Positions 24,801 to 38,104 of a stretch of DNA of 64,000 bases are shown here, in pieces (positions within the stretch are counted from its first letter, which is position 1; every line of letters begins with the position of its first letter). Location of the stretch: NCBI RefSeq assembly GCF_964204865.1, contig NC_135256.1:6200001-6264000 (forward strand), given 5' to 3'. The notes under the pieces are model-generated. The model ran no database searches. It was not told where the DNA came from and was given only the letters and a program-made list of their open reading frames with translations. The position numbers were made by a program, and so were the translations under genes. The stretch is from Styela clava. Its lineage: Eukaryota.

Positions 24801-27800
24801 CAATTAGCAGTTATGTGTGACTGCTTTTTGTTATTAATTTTACCATGACAATTTCTGGTAATGTGTGTAGGAATGTTAATATGTTATTGTGGTAGCCTGG
24901 ACATTGATATCGCTCGAATTATTCCGTATTAAAAAAATCTTAGTTTCAAAAGACCTGACACTCCTTCAAATTAGTGTTTAATTCAGTGGAAACGATGGCC
25001 TAGCGATTTCCGAAGGATGAAGTGTGCTTTCCAAAATTAACAGAATAGTGTTAAATATAATATATGATTAAATAGTTAACATATTGTATTTATTATGAAT
25101 GTTTTTATTATTTCTTATTTTAAATGCTACGTATATGATTGAATGAATTCATGTCTGCTGAACAGAATTTAGCAAACTTAACTGATTTTATTTAAAGGCA
25201 GCAATTTTTTTTCATGCACCAGGCGTTTTTTTCCTGATAATGTTTCCGCCGCGTGAACAAAAAGTTTGGAAACTACTGGCCCAGCGGCTAAAACATGAAA
25301 CTGACAAAGCTGAACCGATCCCTTAAAAAATAGTAACTCATAACATATTGCTAGAAATGAGTGGCTGCAAGTACAGGGCATTGTTCAAAGGAAATGGTGT
25401 GTATAAGCGTATTATAAAAATAGTGCATTTGTCGTATTCAAAACTATTGTGTTCAAAAATATGACAAATCGCAATTGAATCTTCTTTTATATTTTGCTTC
25501 ATTGATCTGAAATTTTTCAACAAAAAAAACGTCCGTTGACATTACAAAAGCCTATTTTCCTTTTCTTCCATTATACCATAGCGATAGTGGATCTATATGA
25601 GTTTAATGCAAGGAAGATGTAGCAAGTATATGGCTATTCTATTTGATTCAAAAGCTGCGGATATATATTTGTATGAGTGTGCAGCAAAATTCTTGAATCA
25701 CATAAAACTATGAAAAACGTAGCTTACGGTTTTGTAGCATAGCAGGAACCGTTGCAAGAATATGTGGAAGCACAGCCTGACCACCGAGGGCACAAGCGAG
25801 TCTATCCAGAGCATTTTCTCCAGCTACAGGATTGGTGTCGCATTCGTCCTCTTCAGTGTCCTCAGAGTTTGCCCATTCAGTGGGATCTTCATCCTCTAAG
25901 TCAACCATGAGAGCGAGAGTCTGTGGGACTGTAAAAAATAGGTTATTGTAGTCATGTAATAATAACAAACAGATTTATTATTCAAATAATATCACAAAAC
26001 TATCTTGACAGGTGGCGCTAAGCGCTAGGAATTTGTTTGTGCACATCTGATTATCTTGTTCGAAAACCCTCAGGGATGATTATTCATCAAAGGATTGCTG
26101 GCCCCTCGCCATAGGGTATAACTGGCTAACTAATCCAAACGAGAATATCGGTCAGAGACCGACCGAAGACTTATCGATCGAAAGTTAGGGGATCCCCCAA
26201 AAACAGCACTCTTACTCCATAGTGACACCTTGTGTCCCATCACTAATCAATTAATAACTTGCTAATTATACAAAATAATTCATCCAAAATCAATAGGCTT
26301 CTGATCCGAGATATGATGAATGCATATGCAAAATTTGGAGCGGATTCATCCTCGCTTTCGTGAGATATCGCGTGTATCTAACAGACAAACAAACAAACAG
26401 ACAAATTCCTATCAACATACTTACCGATCTTAAGATCGATAAGTAATAACTAACAGGCTCACTAATCCCACACTTGACATAGACCAGATGATGGTGACCA
26501 AATGATGGTCGTGGTTCGCCATGTGGTTAAGCTGTCTTAACAGCTCTTCCAAGTGTAATTATGAAAATCGTGTCCTATCCTAACAACAGATAACATTGAT
26601 AATTCAAGATGTCCAAACACCTAAGTTTAAACAAAACTCAAAATAATCTATACTCGCAAAAATCATATTGAAGAAGTTCAACACCTCAATTTGAGGGTTG
26701 TAGGATGTTTAACGTAACCACTGGTTGGATACAGCTTCCTCCATGCGTCTGAAACGAATACCTGGCATACTAATTCCACACCCGACATGGACTAGTAAAA
26801 AGATTAGAAATCTTTGATTCGCCATGTGATCAGATACCATCTCAGTAAGGCATCAATTTAATCATAAAATCATTGCGGAGTGTATAATTATTAATTAATA
26901 TTAATAACCAGACAGAATTAAATGGTAAATGCAACTAAAACATTGACGACTCAGTTCTCCCGTAGTGTGTGTAACAGGTTAGGGTTAGGCCATGTTTTTA
27001 TTCGGATTCTCCTTATTTTAGTTCTATTACGAGTTTGGGGACTGTTTGTGTTAGCCAAGTGAATATACCCCCTGCCCATAGGTTTCATTCCCTTTACACA
27101 ACTTGATGTAAAATGGGCAAACAAAATTAGTTACCTCCATATTGGTACACACACTTCTGGAGCGCAGACTTCTCTATTCACAATATTATTTCTTATCATA
27201 GAAAGCATACAGTAATGAAATAAATGGTCCTACTTATTTGTGAAATATAAGTCTTTTGTTTCCTGATAAGTCCCGGTACTGTTTCAGCAAGTGTTACAAT
27301 AACTTCTAATGCAAGTTGTCTGATTGATTCTTCTATTTCTACGTCTCCTATTAACTGCAAGTACAAAACGATTTTATCCACATGTCAGGATTAAACATTA
27401 ACAAGCAGACTAATTATGCAGGAACCTCCCAGTATCATTATACTAGAAGTGATATTCGAGAATATTTTTTGGAGATTCTGGACAAATTATACAATCTGAA
27501 TGTATTGATAGAATTGGTGGGCTAAGACAGGGGAGAAGCCAATAATCTCGAAGCAAGGGCGGATTCTGAAATTTCTAATTGCCAAGTTAGACTGTGACAG
27601 CTAGCGGGTATGGCCCGAGGCTAGAAATGCGGGTTTCAAAATTCCTGAGGGTCTAAAAAACGTTTCAAGCTATAAAAAATTTCTATGTATGATACAGGGG
27701 ATTTTTTTTTACATTTCAAAATGTGGGGTTCTGCCCCTTCTGGATATACCCCAGGTAGAATATGCTGAGCCTGAAGAAATAAATCGTTAAAAATATAACC

Positions 27801-30800
27801 AAAAGTAATATGGAAAAAAGTCGAAGATTTCTGTGTTTTTCGAGCCTCTCTGAGGCCTAGAATAAGCCCAAGTCACTGGACAGTGACCGAGGAGAATTAT
27901 AATATTTCTCCGATCATCTCTATTCAGCAGTTCCATATTAAAGCGGTATCGAAGTGACAAACCTTCAAGCACATTGTAAGAAGATCTGCGACTCTGGGCC
28001 TGATATATTTGGGAATATCTTCACATAATTCAACCAAACTTTTCAAAACTTCATCATCACCATCTGATGCACTCTTCATTGTTGCCTGTGAAAATGGGAA
28101 CATTTATTAAATCATTCCAAGTTTGGATTACCTTGGAATTTAACTAGATTTTAGGTCTCCTGAATAAATGTTGTCCACAGTAAAAAAAATGAGATAGAAA
28201 TCGCAATTCAGCTGTCAAACTGACAATTTTAATAAAAACGGTAATTTAGATTTTAGCCTTCGCTAGTTTTGACAAAGCCTTTTTGAATCCCAATTTTGCA
28301 CAAATATGGCGTAGTAGACCATCAAAAAAATTGTAGTAAAAGTGTTAATCATATTGTGAACCACGTCCTTTTGTTTGCCAATCCAGGCTGGGTGGAGGAA
28401 TCTGTAACCGACCAGTGGTATGAGTCAATCCATGACAACAACAACAACGAGTCCAGCATTCCTATCACCATAAATCGTCTCTCAAGGACAAGGTATCCAA
28501 TCTCGCCTAGTATGGTATTTGCTAACCATTGTTACAAACATTTTACATCCCACCTACCTTCAATATCCCTGGTAATAAATCTTGATAATGCCTCAACAAC
28601 TGGGTATTTGATTCGTTTTCAATAAGAAATGCAACTGCTGCTCGTGCTGCTAAGAATGAAACCTATAACAAAAATAAGTCGAAACTTATCTTCATCCTTT
28701 AAATGTTAAAGATTGAAAACACCTTGCTTTTCAAAACTTGCTTCTCAATTTCAGTAGAATACAATCATTCATAAACTATATACCAAGTTATAGTTGACTA
28801 AAAGCACTCCAGAATATTGTTGAATTGTGTTGATATTTATGAGTGTACTGTTGGTAGATTATTTATAAATTTACAATTTTTCGTGCCATTCCTCTGATTA
28901 GAAGAGTTACATGTGTAAAAACATTTTCATTTTTCAATTTGGAATTGATTCTAGTTTCACAAGCTGAACGATGACAACTATAAACTGCTCTAAAATTTAA
29001 CATTAAGTCTTCATATATATGTTATGATTAATAATGTTGCAAAAAAGCAAGATTATAATTTCTGACCTGGGGTGGTTGTTCATCTTGCATTGATTGTTCG
29101 AGCATTTGTCTGAGAACATCTTGATAATGAGCTTGTTGATTCCCAAATATTCCGGAATATTGACTGGAAATTGAAGATTAAAAAATTCTAAATTAATTTG
29201 TGAATTAGTGATAGGATTTACTCATATTTTCTAAGGTAGAAGAAAGTCGTTATGATAGCCATATCATATGGCAAACAACCCAAAAAGGGTGCTCCCGAAG
29301 TATGCGAACCAAGATGGCGGACATCGGAACGTAACATGGGTAACAGGTTAGGGTTAGGCGATAATTTTTTTACCAATTTTCCTTATTTTAGTCCTATTAT
29401 CAGTTCGAAGACTAGCCAAGAGCCTCCCGTAGTATTTATACCTAAAATTATGGCCTAACCCTAACCTAGTACACATATTACATTCTGATGTCCGCCATCT
29501 TGGTTCGCATACTTCGGGAGCCCCCCCAAAAGTAATAATTCTAAATTTGTTTCAAATTTAGAATCGGATTTTCATATTTATCTCAGGGGAGAGGAAAGTA
29601 GCCAAATTATATTGCTAATGCCTCTGACTACACTGCCTCTCATCCAGTCCAAGTCAGGAATGAGAATAATTAAACAGTTCTTCAAGCATGGACAAAGTGA
29701 CGAAGTAAAAACTATACAACGTGGCGATCAAGAGCAATTATATGAGATGGGCCAAAAATTTAGAATTAGTGAGGACATGACCAATATTCGAATCAGAGCT
29801 GGGAGCTTCAGATTGGGACTGTTTTTGAGGTCAAAATTTGGCGCTCCAGGAATGTGTGTACCAGTTTAGAGGTAACTAATTTTGCTCGCCTACTTTACAT
29901 CGAGTTGTGTAAAGGGACTGAAACCTATGAGCAGGGGGATATTAACTTGGCTAACACAGACAGTCCCCGAATTCGTAAAAAATTATGGCCTAACCCTAAC
30001 CTGGTACACACACTATGGGTGTACTCAAAATTATATACTTTCAATGATGATGATAAAGTTCACATTTTTTTTCAATTCAATAAGCATCATGTTTACTGAG
30101 TGTTCTAAACAGTCCATCAAAAGAGGCTTGCCTACACCAAAGTACTTGTTATCAAAATTTGATTTTGTTCAATTTTAAAGCTGAAGTCAAATATTTTTCA
30201 AGACTTGTAGTCTGGATCTTGGGGATATGAGGCAAAATTTTTTTCAAACCGAAGTCAAGAAGATGAAACTGTCCACAGTTCACAGTTCCGATTATAAATA
30301 CTCAAATTATCTCCATAATCTTTCTCAAAGTTGGAACTCATTTCTCAAAAGATGATGCACAAATTCCTCACCAAAATATATGAAGTGTAATTTCTTTTAA
30401 ACCAACATCATTTGAGCTGATACATTCAAACAAAAATTTCAATATTTCAGGCCAGTGATTCTTCCCGTCATCATCTGTTAATAAAAAAGATTTTGACTAG
30501 AAACAGTGGTTCTCAAACGGTTGGGCGCACCCTACAAGGGGGACGTAGACAATAATTTAAGGGTACGTGAAGCTGATTAAAAATAAAAATATTTGTTAGA
30601 TTTGATCCTGCCGGCTCTGTTTGTTTTCAAAACTTTCATTTATTTCATTATTTGCGTTCCATCCACAAATTTCCAAAGTGTTTTTTGAATAAAACATACT
30701 TTCGCCTAACTATCTGTTTTTGTAGCTTATTGCTAGCTGGTTATTTCTGAGGTGGGGCGCAGGTCTTAACAAATTCTAAAAAGGGTGTTGCTTAAAAAGT

Positions 30801-33800
30801 TTGAGAACCACTGCACTAGATGATACAAATTATTTGAAAACAAAGCTGCCTACATGGGGACAAAATCAACAAGGAACTAACTTTTCACAAAAAAAATTTT
30901 GAAAAGAACTTTTAAATAAGGGTCAGATCAGTGATTCACAAACTTTCTTGATCGGCGGCGCCATTTCAAAGACCCTCTGCGCCCCAGGGCCCCAGGTTCT
31001 TCATTAAAAAAAGGAAAATGAATTGTATGTTCGTAATTGGTTTCCATCAAATCAAGGAATTAAAAATTTGCAGTGAATTTACTTTCTCAGTAATGAAGTC
31101 AACGTGAATGGTGCCTAGTGGTGGCCTTTGCCCCCCAAAGGGCCACTTTGAAGCAACATAGAGGAGCTTAGGGCCCAGTTTGAGGAACCCTAGTTAATTA
31201 GGATTGTGAAAATAAAAAAACGAATAGCAATTTGAAATGGATTACATTGTAAATACATATAATTATATATTTGTTTATGTTCAAAACTCATTTCACATCA
31301 AATTCAACCTCAATCACAAATCTAACGGGTTATTATAATGAAGTATGAAACATATTATGATTTCTGCTATTGGTGTTCGTTTGCAGAAACTGCAGCATTG
31401 CCCGTGTCATACAAACATGAGGAAATATATAGAAAACAAGAAATCTACCACGCAATACGCACAACCACTTCCTCTCTTTGTCAACTCAAAAAAACATACC
31501 GACGCTCACGCTTTGGACTCAAGATAGAAGCATGAAATACATAAGTCTGAATTTGAGCAATAATATTTCCTTATAACAAACAAAGACTATGACCACATAA
31601 CCGCATTTTATAGAGCATCTTAATGCCAAAATGATTGCAAAATTTATTATGACTTCCCAATGCGATGATTGTCTTTTACTCCCAATTTTGCATCATGCGC
31701 ACATAATTCAATTTAGAAGTTGATAGGAAAGAAATTTTAATCATATTGAAAACTATTAATTTAATTTGTAACAAATAAGAAAATTTGTAATATACAGACA
31801 CACAGTTCACACAATGGTACTGGTACGAGAAGGCCTTAGCCGACGAGGTGAGTTTGCTTGAGGATCAGCAGATAAATTTGACGGAGGTGTGGCCAACAAC
31901 AACAACAATTTGCATTTACTTTTTAATATCTGTTTAATTTTGGGCCACTTTTTTATGACATGACTGAAAATGAAGAACAATAGGTTTTTTTTTGGTAGTT
32001 CAAACCATCCCAAGTGAGAAACACTTGTCCATCACTAATGAAAGGAGAAAGTAACGAATTCATCATCTTTTTCTTACCAACATGTTTTCTTGCGAGTTCT
32101 GCTGCAAAATCTCCCAACTTTCTCCTCATTACATTATTCGGTTCCGATTTCAATGTGAATAATAATTGTTCACGAATTCTCTGCTGAAGTTCTGGGGCTG
32201 TAAGAATAATTTAATAGGATATCGATATTTAGTATATGGAGAGGAAAACTAATTAGATGGCATAATAAGATGATGAACCACAGACTCTCTTTTGGTTACC
32301 AGTCCATGTTGGTTAAATATAAATGCAGAAGAGTATAGTAAATGCATAAGAAAAGCAATTTCAACACAACAATTAAATCAAAATGAAAACATCATGAAAT
32401 AAGATAACCTTATTTATCAGGGATTAAAGCTGAGACATCATGATCAAATGACAAATCACAGCCTAAACACTACAAAGCAAATTTATAGAATTTTAAATGC
32501 ATATACAAGGTTGTTTGAGACATCCATACCAACTAGTTATTATGTAAACCAGAGGTGTGCAACCTTTAATACAGGAAGGCCAAATACAAATAACTCGATG
32601 AAACCGCGGGCCGCACTTTCAGTTGCAGGCACAAAAATTTCGGTCATTATCTTATGACATGTGTTGTTCGCTTCCAGAAACTACCAAAAAGCGCGGGAAT
32701 GTAAAAGAAACCAAGGCAGCAGCAAAGACCAATGAAAAAACGGTGCAAAGAAGTGACTGGAAGCATCTAACGCCCATCAACAGCCTAAACCTTAAAATAA
32801 CTGTTAATATTAATAGCTGTTAGGACATTGTAACATAGAATAAATTAGACTCTGGTATAGGCTTTTCAATGCAAAGGGATTGAATTACAAGCACATCCAG
32901 ATTAAATTAAAGTAAAAACTTGTTTTACGGGCTGCACAACTTTTCCTTGTGGGCAGCATTTGGCCCACTGGACGCAATTTGCACACCTCTTACTTAAACT
33001 ATGTACACCTTCTAAGAATGAAGAAGTAATGAGCAGCCTTCCACAAAACGAATATCCAATATTGTAATTTACGATCCCTAAGTTGCACAGAAAAGGTGAT
33101 ATTAAGGGAGATATTTATATGAGCATAGTATATTGATCATATAAATTTAATGAATAGCAGCAAATTTTACTAATTTAGGAGTTTTAGTAGCAAAAAAAAA
33201 GTTTTCTCGTTTTGTATGATATGTCTGCAGCAGTACTAATCGACATTTTTAAAATGTAGGCTACAATGACTTTGACAAAAGTAAAGTCCAATTTCAAACA
33301 TACCTAAAGGAATGTACGCTTCTTCATAATTGCTTGTCACAATTCGTCGCATCAAAACAGCTGAAAGTTGTCGAATTTCGTCATTTCCATTCAAAATACT
33401 CACTACTTCCATCAAGTGTGTGAAGCGATCTGTGATCGGAAATTCTTCATAAGCTGCCTGTAGAACAAAACTTTAAAACTTAAAATACGATCCCAAAAAT
33501 CACACACAACACTAAATTTAACAAAATAGGATATTAAAAAATTTCAAAAAGAGAAAAAGCAGTGGTTCTTATTAAACGGTGGGGTGCATGTAGACAGTTA
33601 AAGAGACTTTCTAAATTCTAAAAAGAGAGCGCGGCTTGAAAAATTTGAGAGCCGCTGAGTTAAAAGATAATAAGGAACAAAGCACATCCCACAATATTGC
33701 AGTATAGTTGACTACAATTTTCCACCAGTACTTCGATTCATATACAGGTGTAATCAAGCATGGTTATAGTGCCAGCCTATTGATATTTTTAAGTTACAGG

Positions 33801-34287
33801 TTATGACCAAAAATGAAACATCATCCAAATGCAGATACACAATAGTGGAATTCGAAACCATGATATATAAGAATTTAAAATTAAACTTTGAACTACACAA
33901 ATTTAACTTGAAAATTTTAAGTGAATATTGAAAAAAAAATGAAAAGGTTAGATTTTATTATTTTGATAAAGTATGAATAAATATTAAATGTGAAAAAAAT
34001 TAGATGGTTATAAGAGCCTGAGCCATTAAAATTTCTGTAGATAAGTCTCCTGCTCATTCTATTATAATAATAATGGTCCCAGCTTGCAACAATTTGTAAA
34101 TTCAAAATCATAGTTGATATCTATCAAGTAAATTAAATCCAAGAAGAATTTGGCGAACACTACAGCCTAAAAAAAAATTTCAGATTTCAAAATTCAGAAA
34201 AGATAGAAATACCTCTGCTTTTCCTCTCAAATCATTGTCTGATGAGGTGAGACCCACCAGGATCTCATGAAACTGCTCAGCCGTCAT
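12811..34287 (-). CDS. IPO5: Importin-5 (karyopherin beta-3), 26 coding exons, about 1107 aa
   Basis: Exons: 34287-34213, 33457-33304, 32197-32078, 30474-30372, 29163-29067, 28662-28558, 28085-27963, 27354-27234, 25928-25728, 24424-24300, 23456-23313, 22702-22583, 21756-21625, 20457-20353, 19622-19528, 19134-18969, 18651-18495, 18098-17926, 17378-17235, 16810-16664, 15942-15836, 15340-15228, 14664-14549, 14023-13887, 13574-13433, 12912-12811. Phases are consistent (3324 nt). IPO5 signatures: [84 protein letters not shown]. Confidence 0.96.
18099..18494 (-). other. U12-type (minor spliceosome) AT-AC intron, IPO5 intron 17, 396 nt
   Basis: 5' end ATATCCTTTT, 3' end ..ttcttatcttcctatctgaatAC. 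Joining gives CAT GAT G|GA GTG AGA ([12 protein letters not shown]) in frame. Confidence 0.92.
20567..20807. mobile_element. MITE family A (GG..CC termini, about 80-bp TIRs, 8-bp TSD)
   Basis: Termini ggtactcc and ggagtacc, TSD aaaacatg on both sides. Other copies at 29288-29524, 34929-35151 and 62651-62853; mini versions at 45953-46039 and 61833-61943. Confidence 0.85.
22817..23030. mobile_element. MITE family B (related termini, 8-bp TSD)
   Basis: Termini ggtgctcc and ggagtatc, TSD gaattgtg/gaattttg. Other copies at about 14768-14958, 26953-27165, 29840-30025 (TSD caaaattt/caaaatta), 53745-53945 and 62179-62386 (TSD gaatgatc/taatgatc). Confidence 0.85.
26138..26447 (-). mobile_element. Helentron-associated/DINE-1-like element nested in a SINE remnant
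   Basis: Subterminal inverted repeats acttatcgat/atcgataagt, (AAAC/AGAC)n microsatellite, terminal hairpin tcggtcagagaccga, no TSD. Confidence 0.75.
30504..30813. mobile_element. hAT-type MITE
   Basis: TIRs cagtggttctcaaac and gtttgagaaccactg. Related fragments at about 33559-33657 and 58350-58558. Confidence 0.75.
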
Positions 34288-35275
34288 TATATTGCAATTC
34301 CCACAAATTTCATTAATTTTGTTTTCAATTATATAGTATATAGTTAATATAGGATGTTAAATATTCTAAAATAGATAAAACAATGATGAATAAAATGAAA
34401 TTGCACAATTAAAAATGTATCGACTGCATTAGGCTTAGGGACACTTGTCAGGACTGCAACATCATTTGATCAGTACTATGATTGTCATATAAACAAGATT
34501 TATCAGAGTTGCGCAACAGAGATAAATGCACAGGTCAGCATTACTTAAAATAAAGCCATAGGCCCATCCTACGAAGCTCGTTTAAATTATGAGATCCTTA
34601 ATCGCAGCTTAGGAGCAAAATAGAAGTACGCAGAAAATAGAAGTAAAAAGCGAAATGTAGGAAATCAATAATACTTTTTTTTAACATTGTTTTTAATCTA
34701 TAAAATTCGTAGACACTTCGATTATTTACATGTGATATTCCTTTATAAGCCTTATCAATAAATCAACACTGACTATTGGTGCCATATCTTAAATAAATAG
34801 ACAATATACAAAATTAGTTATATCTATTGTAATATTTTTTAATTTAACAACTTGCCCTCAAATGAGTAAATAAGTTTTTGAGATTGTAAACCATCTTGCC
34901 ATCATAATGAATGAGAAAAAAAGGTACCTGTACTCCCAAAGTATATGAACCAAGATGGCAGACACCGGAACCTAGTATGTGTACCAGGTTAGGCCATAAT
35001 TCAGGTACAAACACTACAAAAGTCACTTGGCTAGTCCTCGAACTCGTAATGGAACTAAAATAAGGAAAATTGGAATAAAATTGGGGCCTAACCGGGTACA
35101 CACACTACGTTCCGGTGTCCGTCATCTTGGTTCACATACTTCGTGAGTAACGATTTTAACTCCTATTTAAAGAAAAATCGGCATTGGATTATAAACTAAA
35201 CCCTGTTAAAAATCAACTCAGATTGTGTTTCATAAAATCATAATATATACACAAACATTTTAAAATCCGAAAACA

Positions 35276-36238
35276 TCACTTTTCTTTAAAAAAATGTGCT
35301 GCGAATCGTTCATTCCAATATTCATATGAAGTCATTCTTTTTTCAGTCTTTATATTTGTATTTGAAACTGAATCTTCAAATTCTAATTCAGATAACAAGA
35401 CGTCATCATCAACAAAACCAAAATATGCAAGACATCTTCGAACTTGTGATTTTATATTCGGTTCAGTCGGTAAAATGACTCGATGAACGGTCGACTTCAA
35501 TCTTTTTCCGCACCAAAACTGTAACATGTCACCAATATTAAGAAGAGCTGTCCCTGGGATGGGATGAGCATCAATAAATTCACCACCTGGGGTTTGGACT
35601 TGAAGCCCCCCCAAATCATCTTGAAATAGAATCGTCAGTGAGCCTATATCGGCATGCTCTCCACAACGTAATTGGTTTTTCTTCAACACAGCACCAACGA
35701 GTGGTGGATAGTGTAAAAGCTTCAGAAGAGTTTGATTTCCTTTTTTACCAATCAAGTTATGAGATTCGAAAAATAAATCTTTATTCTTGAGCTTCATCCC
35801 TCTACCAAGAGCTTTGAAAATCCTCAGAGTCAAAGTTTTGCATAATTTTTGCATTGTATCGACTGTATGATTTAGATTTTCAATGTCAGGCCACTCATTA
35901 AACTCTGATGAGGACGGTAATCGAAGGCCTTCCACAAAATCTGCAGGCCGTTCTAAGTTTGTATTTACACTTTCAATTGGATCGTAACATACTCCGGTGC
36001 TTTTGGAACAAAATTTCATTTTGTATTCTAGTGAAGTTGCAAAAAAATCATCAGACACTTTATTCGCTTCATTGATAACTTGATCTGGTATGCCATGATT
36101 TGTAATGTACGCAAATCCTGATGTTGAAAATGCTTTAAATAACTTTTCCCCAATTTCAATAAATGAAGATTCCTCAATTTCATTGTCATTTTTATACATC
36201 AGCCCGCATTTTTGAAAATCAATTATAGGGATTTCCAT
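35276..36238 (-). CDS. Intronless 2-oxoglutarate/Fe(II) dioxygenase, IPNS-like (DIOX_N + 2OG-FeII_Oxy), 320 aa
   Basis: MEIPIIDF..GFAYITNHGIP N-terminal domain; LLHYPP..CGEHADIGSLTILFQD..GGLQV (HxD); NIGDMLQFW..STVHRV (distal His); RRCLAYF. Start taken at ATG 36238, which is conserved in the paralog. Confidence 0.9.
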   Translation of the reverse strand: MEIPIIDFQKCGLMYKNDNEIEESSFIEIGEKLFKAFSTSGFAYITNHGIPDQVINEANKVSDDFFATSLEYKMKFCSKSTGVCYDPIESVNTNLERPADFVEGLRLPSSSEFNEWPDIENLNHTVDTMQKLCKTLTLRIFKALGRGMKLKNKDLFFESHNLIGKKGNQTLLKLLHYPPLVGAVLKKNQLRCGEHADIGSLTILFQDDLGGLQVQTPGGEFIDAHPIPGTALLNIGDMLQFWCGKRLKSTVHRVILPTEPNIKSQVRRCLAYFGFVDDDVLLSELEFEDSVSNTNIKTEKRMTSYEYWNERFAAHFFKEK

Positions 36239-37790
36239 TTCAACAACAAACAACAGTTTGAACAAAAAATGAAAAGTGAAAATGAGAATAACTGTAAATA
36301 TATAAAAAGATAGAGATAAAACAACAATGCTTCTAAACTTTCTGATTGTTAAAACACTGAAAATACCACTTAATAAACAAAACTGATTAAAATAGATAAC
36401 TCCAGAACTCCATTTAAATATAACTCTTCTATCACTGTATCATGATGCTTTTAATTGATGACTCGATTTGGCCTATACCTGTATATTAATTGAAAAATGT
36501 GGAATGTATACTTAAGTATGACTTGGTTATGTGGAGAGAGAAAAGAGAGAGAAAAATAGCTTTTTGGAGGATGGAAGAATTGAAAACTTGTTAGAAAAGT
36601 CGGTAATGTCATAGCTTTTGATAGTACATTTTTAAGATTGACTAGTATTGATAATATTGACTGTTTTTATAAATAAAAAAATAAAAAAAATAAAAAAAAA
36701 GAGAGAAAAGTGGAAAGCAGGCGCATGCCACCTGATTTCGACAGTTCGAGACTAACCTTATCTTATACCAGTATAGTTGATAAAGCTGCTGGGTGACTAA
36801 TCATATACCAGTATACTTGATACTGTAATAACAGGAGAATAAGGGTACAATCAGACAAATGAATTTATAGACAACGATACTACGGTAGCTGGAGTCATGA
36901 CTTTAAGCTGACTTAATAATGTAATGAAGTCAGGCAAAAATATACCTGATTTACCGTAATTCTTTTAACAACTTATACTAACAGTAACGACAGTCGACAG
37001 CATTAGGTTATCAAATTTTTTTTTCAATATTAATATTAAATAAAAATAGGATAGGATTTACATATTTATCCTGGAGAGGAAAGCCGACTGTCGTTCCATT
37101 TTCGTATTTTGGGCATTATGCTGAAACAATTCACCCTGTAATCGCAAATAACCTATTCATGTAATGGAAATGAGGTGAACGGGAGATTTTATTTTAAAAG
37201 AAAAGTATGCAAATTAAGTTGCTTTATGATCAATTATTGGCCTTGTGTCGTGGGACTCGTAGCCCGCGCCTCTAACTGCTTCGTGCTATCGGCCCCCGGT
37301 TGGGAACCGCTGGTATATTACATAGGACCAGTAGGATCGCAGACGTCCAAAACAACATACAACGCCTGAAAATAGCACAAAGTGAACTCTTGTCCCACGT
37401 GAAAAGCAAGGTACGCGTCGTGAAATATGACACCTCGACTCAGCCAAGCGTGACGTAGATTATTGATGAACTTTGTTGAAGTGGGCTCTAGTTCACATCT
37501 GGAGAGGAATCCTAAAAACCCTGATCACCAAAATTCGATCAATTGCTACTGCAATAATTATTCTGAACCCCAACGAGAATTCATCGGGCACCCCCACATG
37601 TAACAACGCATGGCAATAATCATTATTTACGGTCAAAGTCCTACAAACCCCAGAAATTTAAGGCCAAATTACGTCGTTTGCACAACACAAATAAATTCAT
37701 TGGTCTGGAAACACTGGTTAATTAGCGATGCGCCGAGCTATGAGGGATATTGTTATAAATATATTGTGAATTCAAAAAAGATAGAAATAC

Positions 37791-37865
37791 CTCTGCTTTT
37801 GCTCTCAAATCATTGTCTGGTGACGTGAGACCGACTAGGATCTCATGGAACTGCTCAGCTGTAAT
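37791..37865 (-). pseudogene. Duplicated IPO5 exon 1 with start ATG changed to ATT; splice donor intact
   Basis: 67/75 nt identical to 34213-34287; followed by the same GCAGAG|gtatttct donor. Confidence 0.85.
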
Positions 37866-38104
37866 TTTTTGAAATTCACACGAATTTCATTAATTTACAA
37901 TATACAAAATGAGATATATCCATTGTAATGTGTTTTAATTTGAGAATTTTCCCTCAAACGAGTTTCTGAGAACCAGAACCATCTTACAAATGAGAAAATA
38001 AACCACATCCACATGGTTCTTTTTTGCCATAAAATCAGCATCACATTACAAACTAAACATTGTTATTCCTCTTACATACAAAAACATTTTAAAATCTTAA
38101 AACC

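Noticed and set aside
37560-37700. TRP-channel-like fragment (QREFIGHPHM)
   Set aside because: Short resemblance only; interrupted by stops and not preserved in the paralog.
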